Positions 1-12,213 of a stretch of DNA of 64,000 nt are shown here, piece after piece. The first letter of the stretch is position 1, and each line of letters starts with the position of its first letter. The stretch covers positions 47,920 through 111,919 of the forward strand of contig NIVC01003202.1 of NCBI GenBank assembly GCA_002269645.1, given 5' to 3'. A program made the translations under genes and the position numbers. Source of the stretch: Macrostomum lignano. Taxonomy: Eukaryota. The notes under the pieces were generated by a model. That model was given only the letters and a program-made list of their open reading frames with translations. It searched no databases and was not told the DNA's origin.

Positions 1-2942
1 GCTAACACAAAAATTTGTGAGGATTGGAGCACTATACTTAGATTCCTTGCCTATGAGCTTGGTGTCAGCTATAGAAGTGCTCATAATATCATGCATGAGC
101 AACTGGGCCACACAGACCTGTGCTCAGTGGGTACCCTATCTTCTCACTCTAGAGCAGCAAGCAAAGAGGATGTACAAGATCCTAGCTAGATTTAAACTCT
201 ATCTATAATCTAAGACTATAAGTTATATAAGCCCCAATAGATAAAAACAAGGCAGTTGTTATTGTTATAGTGACTATACAAATAGCACAACATTATTTTT
301 ATGGTTAACAAACCAGAAATGTATGATGCATCCCAAAATGCGTCCTATGAGACCAAAAATGTGTCCTTATCAATTGAATCAATATCTAGACTATATTATA
401 TTAACTATATTCTAATATAATATTAAGTACTGAATAGTGAGGAATAGTAAATAGGCCTACTCGATACAGACATTCACAATACATTACAATAAATAGCCTA
501 GGGCTAGGCCTAGGCCGCCTAGTTGTCAAAATATTGTGCATAACTCACAATCAAAGCTTATAAATAATCTTTTAAAACTATGAATTCATAAACCCGAATA
601 TAATCCACAGCCACACTTATACTAAAGGCCAAAAGCGGAAAAGCCCAGGAACCAAAAGATCTTACAGTTATTTTTTCTACAATACTGAATAATGATCGAG
701 TGAGAATTGATAAATAATGTAATAAGCATACTCAACTAATTGACTGTCGAAAAAATAAAATTAAATTAGTTTTCATTGGAAATATTAATTTTAAAATTCG
801 CGCGCGGTAAAGTAAATATTGATACTGGGCCGTCAGTATTAAACCAAAAAATCTGCTTATTGTTGACATTTTTAATAATCTACAATCTTTTGTCTTTAGT
901 TTCATTTTCAAATCTTTGTTTAAAAGTATTTATACACATTAAACCACAGCACTATTTTAATCTTTTTTTCGGAGAATAAGTCGGGAGAATTGTGTGCTGC
1001 ATGCATGTGTGTGCATTGCGAGTGTGCGTGTGTGAGTGAGCAATGAATGAACCAAGGATCAGAATTTCATCTTTCTAAAACGTTTGATCGGAGGTTTCGG
1101 ACATTAGCGCTTTAGAGTGCAGAAACTACATATAGCTGAAACGTCCTGGCCTCCGGCTTTCACACTCCTGATTATGGTCTGCAGCCCCAGAGACAAGAGT
1201 CACGAAGATGTGGCGAGCAGCTATAGGTCCTATAGTTATGAGAATATAGCAAGAGGATGGGTTGTATGATTTTGTTTGAATCGGAGACTGATCGATAGGT
1301 GGATCGATTGGGCCGACAAACAGTCAGGGTGCTGCAGCAGCGTATATTTGATGACTGCTGTCGTTTGCTCTTATACGTACGTGTATAGCTTAATTGGTGA
1401 TGCAGAGGCCGGGTGACCCAAAAGTAAAAAGTGACAATTTTCAGCAATAAGAGCAATTTAAATGTGCCAGTCACTTCTGAGTTCACCACATGCAGCTGTA
1501 CATGGTAGATCCGGGGAGGCTGGTGCCCGGAGAGGGCTCAATGATAGTTACATGGTAGATGTACATGTATTTTAACCTCCGCTTTTGCGGGTACGCAGGC
1601 GCCTGTTTGGCATTCATAGAGAAGGGAAGGAGTCCGTGGCGGAGAGAGCATAGAGCTGGGGCGTGGTATACCGTACGTAGTCCAGATTAAGGTGGGGAAG
1701 AGGCCGATGACCGGGGGGGGGGCGGTTGTTCGAGGGGCAGGCCACGCCGCTGCCCGTAAATAGTTTTCTATAGCAGCGGATTTATTATACAAAGCGTAGA
1801 ATTTTCTGATTGGACGAGCCCGGGGGATGGCTAGCTCGACTCTGATTAGCTGAGCTCTAGACCCCAAAAATCCTATATTAATTCACTGGGTGGTCTCTCA
1901 GATCCCAGCAGGGAACTTGAGAGTTGCAGTCATCATGTATATCATAAAAAAACTGGAAAAAGCTTTTTCCAGACATCCTGTACCAAAAGTGAGAGCTAAA
2001 CTTAACGCAATCATACATGTAGATCAAAATCGGCACAGACCAGGTTGACCTCTAGACGTAAATAACTTGACAAAAAATAAACCTTGCTTTAAGTTGAAGT
2101 ACAGTATGTCCTAGAAAGTAGTAAAACAGATCCCGGATTGAATAAATAATAAAAACCAGGACTAGCCTACAAGGAGTAAAGAGGAGATTGCAAAAATGCG
2201 TCCTCATCAATTGAATCAATATAGGATAAATCCAACAGTATCATTATTGCAATATGTGGCTGCTTTACAACAATTACGTATTAAGTTAAATAAATATTCG
2301 ATTCGAGAGTATCCATCAAAATTGTAGTTTGAACAAGGTTTTACTTGAAAATCGAGTTATTTACGTAAGACCCATACAAAAATAATAAAATTTTAATTTC
2401 TATTGTATTTATTAAGTCAAATAACTACTGCATGGAATAACTTCTTGATGTACGGGATAGGATTTACATTTACATTACATAATAATAATAATAGATTACA
2501 CCTGCTCCATTGGCCAGATGTGCAACCGACAGCTCAGCCGCAGCTTTATAAGATAATTTACCGGTGTAAGAATCGATTTGTCAAAAATAGGTATATTCAA
2601 TAAAAGTGCTTGTTAGGAGCTAGGGAGGGATAAAAAATGTCTGCGAACGGACACTACTAGAGTTGCTGAGCGGTATAAATATTGAATGCTTAAATTAAAC
2701 TGTAGGTGAAAAGCAAAAACTTGCTTTAATAAGAATACTGCAGACGAGGAAAAGGTTAATGGCATTTCATAAAACAATAAATGTAACAAGAATATAAGCA
2801 GAAGCTTACAAAAATATACAAACCATAATTTTTAAAAATGGTTGCTATGACACAAATGCGTTGCCAGGCCTCCCTATTGGCTGGCACAAGTGCGATTTGA
2901 GCCTCCTGAGGCCTGAAGAGAGATTGTTGCCGAGAGTACTCA

Positions 2943-3085
2943 GCCTCACTCCCTGACACAGCCCCTCTCTGCACTCCCTGACACAGGCACAGTCACCTCT
3001 GCACTCCCTGACCCACCTCATGGGCACAGTAACCTCTGCACTCCCTGACCCACCTCATGGGCACAGTCACCTCTGCACTCCCTGA
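2943..3085. repeat. 37-bp minisatellite (ctctgcactccctgacccacctcatgggcacagt.ac) just 3' of the paralogue B stop
   Basis: About 3-4 partly degenerate copies visible. Confidence 0.85.
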
Positions 3086-3102
3086 GCGCTGTACAAATTA
3101 CA

Positions 3103-3334
3103 TCACAACCGCTGACGAATTGCTTCTTCGTAGCTTGGTGGCGGAGTGGAGTCCACTTCTCGCTGCATTTGTGGAGGCAACAGCGGCTGCTGTGTCGATG
3201 GCGGCGGCGGCGGTGGCAGCGGCGGCGGCGGCTGCAGCGGCTGCGGCAACGGCGATGGACGTGACTGCGAATGTGCAGCATCAATAGCAGCAGGAGCCAG
3301 ATGTACAGCCACAGGCTCTTCGGTGTTTGAAGAT
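3103..3334 (-). CDS. Paralogue B exon 3 (Pro-rich cytoplasmic tail ending PPPSYEEAIRQRL*); full protein about 400 aa
   Basis: Phase-2 acceptor gcccag|A; Pro-rich ORF with PPSY motif; TGA stop at 3103-3105; same architecture as paralogue A exon 3. Confidence 0.7.
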
Positions 3335-3449
3335 CTGGGCATGGCAACGGAAGTTTGCTAGTTTTTTCAGGTAGCTAGGCTACGCTTAGTTTATTTCCGT
3401 AATAAATTAGCCACTTAGTTTATGCGAAATAATGGGATAAAAGGCGCTC

Positions 3450-3755
3450 GAGGATCTGGGAGGACAGTGATGAAACTTGAAGGATCTGGGAGGACAGTGA
3501 TGAAACTCGGGGATCTGGGAGGACAGTGATGAAACTCGGGGATCTGGGAGGACAGTGATGAAACTCGGGGATCTGGGAGGACAGTGATGAAACTCGGGGA
3601 TCTGGGAGGACAGTGATGAAACTCGGGGATCTGGGAGGACAGTGATGAAACTCGGGGATCTGGGAGGACAGTGATGAAACTCGGGAATCTGGGAGGACAG
3701 TGATGAAACTCGGGGATCTGGGAGGACAATGATGAAACTCGGGGATCTGGGAGAC
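3450..3755. repeat. 29-bp minisatellite (ggatctgggaggacagtgatgaaactcgg), paralogue B intron 2
   Basis: Direct tandem copies. Confidence 0.95.
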
Positions 3756-3801
3756 TGCAGGCGGTGAAACTCGGGCTCAGTGATCATCTAAGATGACTAA
3801 C

Positions 3802-4315
3802 CTGGAAATACAGCAGCATCTCCGAGCGTAATAGAAAAAGAACACGATAGCCAGGATGAAGATGACCAGGGTGACTATCAGAGCTCGATGACCGTCATTT
3901 CCGCTGCTATTCAAGTCAGGCGGCGTGTATTTCGGATACTCTGGAGCCGCAGGCTGCCTTGGTGTATCGTAGCACTTTGAACAAGTGCTAAACTCCATTG
4001 ACAAGCCGAAACATGGATAATTTATGTAAGAAAATGCCAAGCCTATGTCAGTAGATGCGGTCCTTTTCGACTTCCACACTGTGCCATTGCTGCACGCGCA
4101 ATCTCTGAAGCGAGCTCGAGGCATCATGGATTCTTTCAATGAGCAGTCGCAGCTGGTCCACGAGCTCCAGACACACCATCTGCACCTGTTCGGCTGCCTG
4201 CTGTCGGATTCCATCTTTGTTAAACGCCATCGATGCTCAGATATTGCGCCAGCTGAGCAACTGCCTGGTTGGCCAGGGCAGCTGCACTGACGATTGCGCG
4301 TTGACAGAAACACGC
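3802..4315 (-). CDS. Paralogue B exon 2 (RxRxC, second TSP1-like repeat, TM helix, CCC)
   Basis: Acceptor tctttcgcag|GC; encodes VFLSTRNRQCSCP...CRWCVWSSWTSCDC...RFRDCAC...ALIVTLVIFILAIVFFFYYARRCCCIS; donor AG|GTTAGT (phase 2). Confidence 0.8.
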
Positions 4316-4375
4316 CTGCGAAAGACGATAGAAAAGTGGGGAGTTGAAATTTCTTTATCGATTGAACGGGATCTC

Positions 4376-5135
4376 TATAGCTGGCGCACCCCCCCTCTGT
4401 AGCTGGCGCCCCCCTCTGTAGCTGGCGCCCCGCTCTGTAGCTGGCGCCCCCTCTGTTGCTGGCGCCCCGCTCTGTAGCTGCCGCCCCCCTCTGTTGCTGG
4501 CGCCCCGCTCTGTTGCTGGCGCCCCGCTCTGTAGCTGGCGCCCCCCTCTGTAGCTGGCGCCCCGCTCTGTAGCTGCCGCCCCCCTCTGTTGCTGGCGCCC
4601 CGCTCTGTTGCTGGCGCCCCGCTCTGTAGCTGGCGCCCCCCTCTGTAGCTGGCGCCCCGCTCTGTAGCTGCCGCCCCCCTCTGTAACTGGCGCCCCCTCT
4701 GTAGCTGGCGCCCCCTCTGTAACTGGCGCCCCGCTCTGTAGCTGGCGCCCCCCTCTGTAGCTGGCGCCCCGCTCTGTAGCTGCCGCCCCCCTCTGTTGCT
4801 GGCGCCCCGCTCTGTAGCTGCCGCCCCCCTCTGTTGCTGGCGCCCCGCTCTGTAGCTGCCGCCCCCCTCTGTTGCTGGCGCCCTCTCTGTAACTGGCGCC
4901 CCCTCTGTAACTGGCGCCCCCTCTGTAGCTGGCGCCCCCTCTGTAGCTGGCGCCCCCTCTGTAGCTGGCGCCCCGCTCTGTAGCTGCCGCCCCCCTCTGT
5001 TGCTGGCGCCCCCTCTGTTGCTGGCGCCCTCTCTGTAACTGGCGCCCCCTCTGTAACTGGCGCCCCCTCTGTAGCTGGTACCCCCTGTAGCTGGCGCCCT
5101 CTCTGTCGGTAGCGCCCCCTGTAGCTGGCGCCCTC
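4376..5135. repeat. GC-rich 18-21-bp minisatellite (ctgtagctggcgcccc..t), paralogue B intron 1
   Basis: Direct tandem copies with a GGCGCC core. Confidence 0.95.
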
Positions 5136-5242
5136 TTTATAGCTAAAACCCATTACTCCGAAAAGACATCCATATATAGCACGCAATAATATCTCCAACG
5201 GACAATTTCAGCGCCAGAGGCAATTCGAACGATTTAAAGAAC

Positions 5243-5699
5243 CTTTCGCATCGCTAGGAATGTCCTGTAAGTCAGCCACGTTATGTGGCGTCGCCCGCTT
5301 CGGCACCTGGTCCCTGCACGCAAAGGACCATTCGCTCCAGAAATTCCAAGGGCACCAGTTGGCCACAGGGTGCAATGCCTGGTCATAGACGGGTTCTCTG
5401 CTGCACTGGTGCAGGAATCTGTCAATGCCGACGAGATGTTTTTTATAAACGCATGGACACTCGATGCCCATTGATTTTTGCTCTGCAGCGCTGAGTACTA
5501 TTTCATCAGACTGACTGTCCTTGTCATCGGTGCACCGGACAGCTCTGCTCAGCTTGCAGTGGCTAATGTTCTCATAACTTAACCTAAAATAGCTTGGACA
5601 GACGCAGCGCCATGGACCCTGCTCACAGTTGACATTGCCAGTGTTAATTGTCTCCAAATGCGGTGACATAGACACCAGAAGCAGATATGATAGAAGCAT
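5243..5699 (-). CDS. TSP1-like/PPxY type-I membrane protein, paralogue B, exon 1 (signal peptide + Cys-rich/TSP1-like region)
   Basis: ATG at 5699; hydrophobic N-terminus MLLSYLLLVSMS; WCPWNFWSEWSFAC motif; donor AAAG|GTTCTT (phase 1) matches the phase-1 acceptor at 4315. The donor is non-ideal and was chosen by phase and paralogue alignment. Confidence 0.7.
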
Positions 5700-6759
5700 A
5701 TGTGGGGCTCTGTAACACGGTGTTGAATGGCTTTTTGTCAGGATGATAAAACACTTCGGCTAATTTTTATGGAATTTTGCAACTTACTCTATGATAAAAG
5801 TCTCATATACGCTTCTATATGGTAAAAACTAAGTTTCTAACACATAATCAACATTGCTTTTGTCAGCCTAGTTGATAGTTACGGCAACCAATTGTATCGC
5901 CTATGTGTCATTGATCGGGTATTGGCTAGAGTTATTTAATGCAACAGAATTGTGATTACAAATTACAATCCCGATCCAATAATCGATGAGTGCTTAAATT
6001 TCTATGGCAGCGCTCATTTGGCCATAGATATTTAAGCAACCCACTCACATTTAGGCATTTAGGACTTGTCCATCTTTAGGCACTGTCTTGTCCATAGTCT
6101 TGTCCACGGTCTTGTCCATAAGCATAGACAGAAAAAAGGTAAGCGAGTTGATGATTCGGCCATAGACATCAGCACAAAGGATTCTCTCTCTTTTTCAGTT
6201 TTCCAAACTGTTATTGAATTTTTTTGAGCTCATAAAATCGAACTCCATTAAGTAAAGATCAGAATTATCAACTTGGGTGCTTTTTATCAACAACCTGCTT
6301 GCCTTTTTTATTTCAAATTGATTTCAAATTTTCAAATTGCTTAAGAGTAACTATCAACTTGCCTGACAAAAGCAATATCAATTATCAATAAAAGCTAATG
6401 ATGACAAAAGAATAAATGAAAGGAGAACGTAACGAGAACACATTTATGCAAGTTTCAGCATGTAGTTCGTACCATGAAGCTTAGTTCATTGATAATAAAA
6501 GCGCTGTATGGTCAGATAAAAGTTATAAACAGATGCGTAAAAAACAATAAAGACTGTTTCTAACACTGTTAAAAATTGGCTGTAGACTCAATTTAATTCA
6601 GGTGAATTTTGTACTATAGATACTAATGGCTTAGGTTGCTTAATTACATAAAGACTGGGATGGTAATCGCATTAATATAGAACAAGACATCGGAATACAT
6701 GTACATGCATACATGTAAATCGAGACTCGTACTAAAGATCTTTGGCGAAGTCTCGAACG

Positions 6760-6949
6760 TTAGGTCACCAGTTTTATGGCCTCTTCGTAAGAAGGTGGCA
6801 GAGGATTCAACGAGCTGTCGTCTGCAATGCGAGGCGGGGCAGCAGACGGGGTGCCATGGCCTGCTGGCGGAGGCAAGGAACATGATTGCAAGAGCTCTTG
6901 TTCTTGCTGCTGCTGCTGCTGCTGCTCCCTCTGGCGCTGCTGTTGTTGA
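6760..6949 (-). CDS. Paralogue A exon 3 (poly-Q, ends LPPSYEEAIKLVT*)
   Basis: Acceptor cattcttgcag|T (phase 2); poly-Gln; PPSYEEAI shared with paralogue B; TAA stop. Confidence 0.7.
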
Positions 6950-7208
6950 CTGCAAGAATGTTTTAAATTATGTCCATAAATTTCATATCTCTGATGTACC
7001 ACTGAGCACATACTAAATGTCTAAATATGTTTAAGTAAAACCAAGAAATTGAAAGAAATTCTTTCTTTCTTCTAAGAAAGAAGTGCTTTGACAATGAGCT
7101 GAGTTGACTGAACCGAAATAAGATGTACATGTAATGGACACGCAGAAAGATCAAAAGGTCTGAGCCGAGTAAATCCCAGCGCAAAATGTACAAGAGGAGC
7201 GCACTCAC

Positions 7209-7698
7209 AGCCGGTCACTCCGTCGAGTTGCCCGACAGATGCAGCACAGGCAGAGCAGCACACCCAGCGGAATGGACACCATTATTAACATCGGCTTGCT
7301 AAATATTAGTCCCAGATCCGTTTTCGAATTTCTTTTCGGCGTAGTTGACGACGAACTCGAGAGCCTGGGTTCGCACCAGCACAGTTGAGTGTCGATGCCG
7401 GAGCCGCTGCAGCCAGACGCTGTTGGCGTGCCAAATTGACAGACTCGTTTGCGACGTTTTTTCACCCAAGTCGCGATCTGCGACAAGCAGCTGCAGTCAT
7501 CGGACCAGGCGGATCAGGGGCACCAGGCCGACTGACGGCTAGCGGGGATCAGCAGCTCGCCGTTCACTGCGAGATCGGCGGTCCGCGGTGTGAAGGCCAC
7601 CTGCTGACTGGGGCCGGAGCACTGGGTGCCGTATCTGCCTTTGGGACAGCGGCAGTGCCGGCTGCGCTGTCTCAGCCACAGGGAGCCGTTGTTGATGT
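7209..7698 (-). CDS. Paralogue A exon 2 (in-frame TGA at 7514-7516 within WCP[TGA]SAWS; TM helix; Cys cluster)
   Basis: Acceptor attattttgcag|AC; ORFs 7514..7726 and 7205..7486 are the same frame separated only by TGA; LWLRQRSRHCRCP, KRRKRVC, TM PMLIMVSIPLGVLLCLCCIC; donor CT|GTGAGT (phase 2). Confidence 0.7.
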
Positions 7699-7854
7699 CT
7701 GCAAAATAATCGTTTTCCTGGTTCACTTGTAAATTCTGATCATGCTCACCAATGACTTATTAACTCTTATCAGATTATCTTCAACTCATGGACGTATGGG
7801 CTCATGAACCCTCATCACACTCGTATTCATGAACTCACCCATGAACTCACTCAT

Positions 7855-8535
7855 AAGCTTACTCATGAACTCATTCGCAAACTCATTCACTGATAAACTT
7901 ACCCATAAACTCACTCATGAACTCACTCGCAAACTCATTCACTGATAAACTTACCCATAAACTCACTCATGAACTCACTCGCAAACTCATTCACTGATAA
8001 ACTTACCCATAAGCTCACTCATGAAATCATTCGCAAACTCGTTCACTGATAAACTTACCCATAAATTCACTCATGAACTCACTCGCAAACTCATTCACTG
8101 ATAAACTTACCCATAAACTCACTCATGAACTCACTTGCAAACTCATTCACCGATAAACTTACCCATAAACTCACTCATGAACTCACTCACAAACTCATTC
8201 ACTGATAAACTTACCCATAAACTCACTCATGAACTCACTCGCAAACTCATTCACTGATAAACTTACCCATAAACTCACTCATGAACTCATTCGCAAACTC
8301 GTTCACTGATAAACTTACCCATAAACTCACTCATGAACTCACTCGCAAACTCATTCACTGATAAACTTACCCATAAACTCACTCATGAACTCATTCGCAA
8401 ACTCGTTCACTGATAAACTTACCCATAAACTCACTCATGAACTCATTCGCAAACTCGTTCACTGATAAACTTACCCATAAACTCACTCATAAACTCATTC
8501 GCAAACTCATTCACTAATAAACTTACCCATAAGCT
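7855..8535. repeat. 52-bp minisatellite (actcatgaactcactcgcaaactcattcactgataaacttacccataaactc), paralogue A intron 1
   Basis: About 13 copies. Confidence 0.95.
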
Positions 8536-8619
8536 CACTCATAATCTCACTCATGAACTGAGCCACAAACTCAGTCACTAGTTGCTCACGAACTAAAAAG
8601 AGAAGTTCATTAAGCTCAC

Positions 8620-9016
8620 GCTCATACTCTGACAGAGCGCTGGAGAGCCAGGAGTGTTTTTCTAAAATGGCATCGATTCAGGCGTAGCTCCAAGACTGCC
8701 AGCTCTGCCAAGAGCACCACATCGGATGGAAGCTGGTGTATGACAAGAATCGGGGTTTAGACAGACAGTTGAATGAGTACTGGGATCTGCAACTTATGCC
8801 TTTAACTCCCTGGCGAAGTTGATCATACTCTCGCAGAATGAAGGAAGAGCAATTCTTCTCTCTAAAAAGGATGCATTCTGTCTGATGCTCCTTGCACTGC
8901 CATTCAGACCATTCGCAGCCAGATGATTTCAGCTCAGGATAAAATACAACTTCAGCTGTGGCCATGGCCAGCAGATTAAACATTACACCCAGTATTGCAA
9001 TTAGTGCTGATTGCAT
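8620..9016 (-). CDS. TSP1-like/PPxY membrane protein paralogue A, exon 1 (in-frame TGA at 8678-8680; probable pseudogene or null allele)
   Basis: ATG at 9016; signal peptide MQSALIAILGVMFNLLAMATA; CEWSEWQC and WCSWQSWQSWSYA[TGA]; donor C|GTGAGC (phase 1) gives 34 residues between the TGA/Cys position and the RxRxC Cys, identical to paralogue B. Confidence 0.65.
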
Positions 9017-11044
9017 CAGGAAGGAAATGCTCTGAAGTTTAAATCAAAATAGAGTATAATAATTATTAGATAAATTTCTTATAAAGATATAAATTGCTAA
9101 ATAGACTTAGAATTAGGTCTTAACTTGAAAAAGTTTTTATTTGCAATTTTGATTTTTGTAATACCTTACTTTGATTCAATGAATAAAGGAGATAAAACTC
9201 AATAATACAATAGACTGGGTGAATAGACTAATAATATTAAAAAAAGTTAATGCTAGCCTATCAATAAAAAGTTTATATTTAAGCCTACTCTATAATATAG
9301 CTATGATATTTCCATTATAAAATTTGCAATATAGCTTTTAATTTTGCAGCATAGCTTTAATAGGCTATAGTTAGGACCTAAAAACTAGTTACCAATGATA
9401 ATTAAATAAAAATATAAAACAATTTAATTAAAAAAGAACAATTAGTTATTAATACATTGATTTTTGCTATATTATTTTAAGAAAGACTAGAGGCAGAAAA
9501 GACAATCAACCAAATTTAGACTGAGATCGGATTCTCTAGGCAGATACACAATACAGATGCAAGTCGCCACATTTTTAGCTACAATCTCAATTTTTTTAAA
9601 AATAAAAAAACATTTTTAGGAAAAGTGACAATATTAAATAAAAAATAGGATAACAAAGAATAAAGACTTGACAGTATGTTTTGTTTGATGATAAAAATAT
9701 CACAACAGAACACAGGCACAGAACATAACAGGATGAAATGAAAATTGAGATTATAATTATACAAATGCTAGCTATAAATAAGATGGAGAAAAGTAAACAT
9801 CAAATTGCTAATTAATTAAAAAGTACCACTTCTACAACTTTAAAAACTTTCCAGTACTACTTTTGGACAATGCGAAGTTTATAGCTTATAATAATAAACC
9901 GGCATTTTTTCGGCCCAGTGTGAAGTTTCGAGCGTGAGCACCTTCTGATATTACGATACTTCTCCGCAACGTAAGGAGAATTAGGCTTCGTGGAAACTGT
10001 TATTTTCAAATGTCACGATTCAAACAAAACGCGATATTTGCAAACACTTCGTTATATCAACTGTATAAATTTTACAAAACAAAAGCTTAATGTAAAGTAA
10101 ATTTTCTGCTCGTATACGTTACGAATCAGCACGTGGCTCCTATCTGGTCATCCAGATTTGACATAAAGCAGATATCTTGCCTTCAAAATGTTGATTAGAA
10201 TTCCGTTGGCACATGTATTCGCGGAATATTCCAGTGCTTCATGACATGATCAAACCACGACGTCTGTTGACCAATGCTGTCTTCGTCTCAAATTCCAGCT
10301 ATCGATTTCTTCTTCTTCTTCCTCCTGCTTAAGTAATCCATACATGTAAGTACATGTACTACATGCATGTAGACGTGGCATGTTCAATAAAGCAAATTAA
10401 ATTAACTCACTTATCTTTACTTTAAACTGGTAGTACATTTATGTAATCTCTATCTTTATTCAATATTTTATTGAAATAGCTTATGCTTTGAGTGGAAGAG
10501 TTGTAAAAATAAGAAGAGTGGAAGATGAGTGTGAATATGCATCGTAAATGTGCATGTCTCGATCCCCAGCAGAGCAATGTCTTTGACTCTGAGTTAGAAA
10601 ATCGAACTACATGTAAATGTCGTACATTCAGGTTTAAAGCTTTTATCACCATGACTTAGGCCGTTTGCCGACCCCTTATTTAAGTAGCCCTTTCTAACTA
10701 CCTGAGTAGTCCGCGCGGTTACATAGTAAATTCGTCGAAAAATGTTGTCGGTCACATTCATATGATCTGCCGCCGATTGGCAATTGGCTGAGCACCCGGT
10801 GAGCAGACTCGGGTAATTAATGCGAGTTTTAAGCTTGTAAGTTCGAAAACCAAGAAACTCGTGAACACGGGAAAGCGATTAGACTCGAGATTCAAATATT
10901 GTTTCGCATTGGCTTTACAAAAACTACGACAAATCTGAATCTGCAGATTTTTTCGGATTTATAAATCCCAACAGAAATTACTCGCAAGAGCAGCTTAAGA
11001 AGCAAATAGAAAGCAAAAACTTTCTCGTACTACTTTCGAAGAAT

Positions 11045-11220
11045 ATGAAGTTTCGAGCTTGTGAAGTTTTGAGCTTGTGCACGAAGTTTCGAGCTTGTGA
11101 AGTTTTGAGCTTGTGCACGAAGTTTCGAGCTTGTGAAGTTTTGGGCGTGTGAAGTTTCGAGCGTGTGAAGTTTTGGGCGTGTGATGTTTTGAGCGTGTGA
11201 AGTTTTGAGCGTGGAAGTTC
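11045..11220. repeat. Degenerate 16-bp repeat (gaagtttcgagcttgt)
   Basis: Tandem copies; isolated related copies near 9920 and 11283. Confidence 0.8.
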
Positions 11221-11392
11221 AAGGACCACTGTATATGGCCATATGCAGTGGTCCTTGGTGAAGTTATTAGCGTTTTGCTTGTGAAGTTTCGAGCTCGTGC
11301 ATAAAATATTTAGTGCTTTGTGAAACTCTCCCGTTTTGTTTTTGATGACACAAAACAAGCTTATGGCTAAAAAATACATTCATATGACATAC

Positions 11393-11448
11393 TGCTGTAT
11401 CATACAGTATCATACAGTATCATACAGTATCATACAGTATCATACAGT
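11393..11448. repeat. 10-bp repeat (tatcatacag) x5
   Basis: Directly visible. Confidence 0.9.
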
Positions 11449-12213
11449 ACGTACGTCAAATTGTCAACCATGCATTTGCGATCAGCGATCAACTCTAACG
11501 GTAAATTAAAAAAGCAGATGTAAAAACTCTTCATCGGAATTGGCATCCGATTTTATTGCAATAAATTTTCGGGACTTTTCAAACTGAACAATTAATAGCG
11601 TCTCTTCTGTTTCATTTTGTTTATTTAAATCCTGCTAATTAAACACCCGCTTAAGTTGTAGTAATTGATACGGGGATGGGGTTGGCAGCCACTAGAAAAC
11701 CATTTTTAAACATTGCTGGGCAGTTCAGATCAGTTCTTATAGTTTCCTTTTTAGTTTTTGTAGACGCACACTTGTTAGAATTTTGAGCTCCAAGCAATCA
11801 TCGCTCTACCTGAAATTGCAGTAGAGGGGACAGGGTGTGGGAACAAAATGAATTAAAATATCGATTGTAACAAAAATTTCAATGCACCTGCCTTAAACCT
11901 TCATCATTCATTCAAGCTTGTTTACACAATTGCTATTGTGCCACGCCCTAGTTGGAATTCAAAGATAAAATTGTGTTGCAATTACCACAGCTCTTTTTTC
12001 GAACTGCTTTCGAATCAGATTAGCTACGAGGATAGATTAGATTTTAACGCTAGAGTAGTTTATACGACCTCGTGGTTGTTGACACTCCATAGAAACTATG
12101 CAGCACAGTCACTTTAATGAAAAAGGTTCAATTTGAATTTCAAATAGGCCTTTCTAGCTAGGACTTCAAATTAGTCTGTTGAAGGATGTTACTTGACAAG
12201 ATTGGCTTCTTGC

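Noticed and set aside
3777-5210. 473-aa ORF in frame with 5208..5699 across a TGA, suggesting readthrough
   Set aside because: The middle is the GGCGCC minisatellite. A phase-matched GT/AG intron (5242-4316) removes both the TGA and the repeat and restores alignment with paralogue A.
6400-6520. SECIS element for paralogue A
   Set aside because: An AUGA...AA candidate near 6440-6490 (minus) has the wrong spacing and no convincing stem by eye; a Trp position would also be atypical for Sec.
7514-8680. Genome-wide UGA=Trp/Cys code reassignment
   Set aside because: Paralogue B, SLC17 and the NFAT5-like gene terminate at TGA at sensible C-termini.
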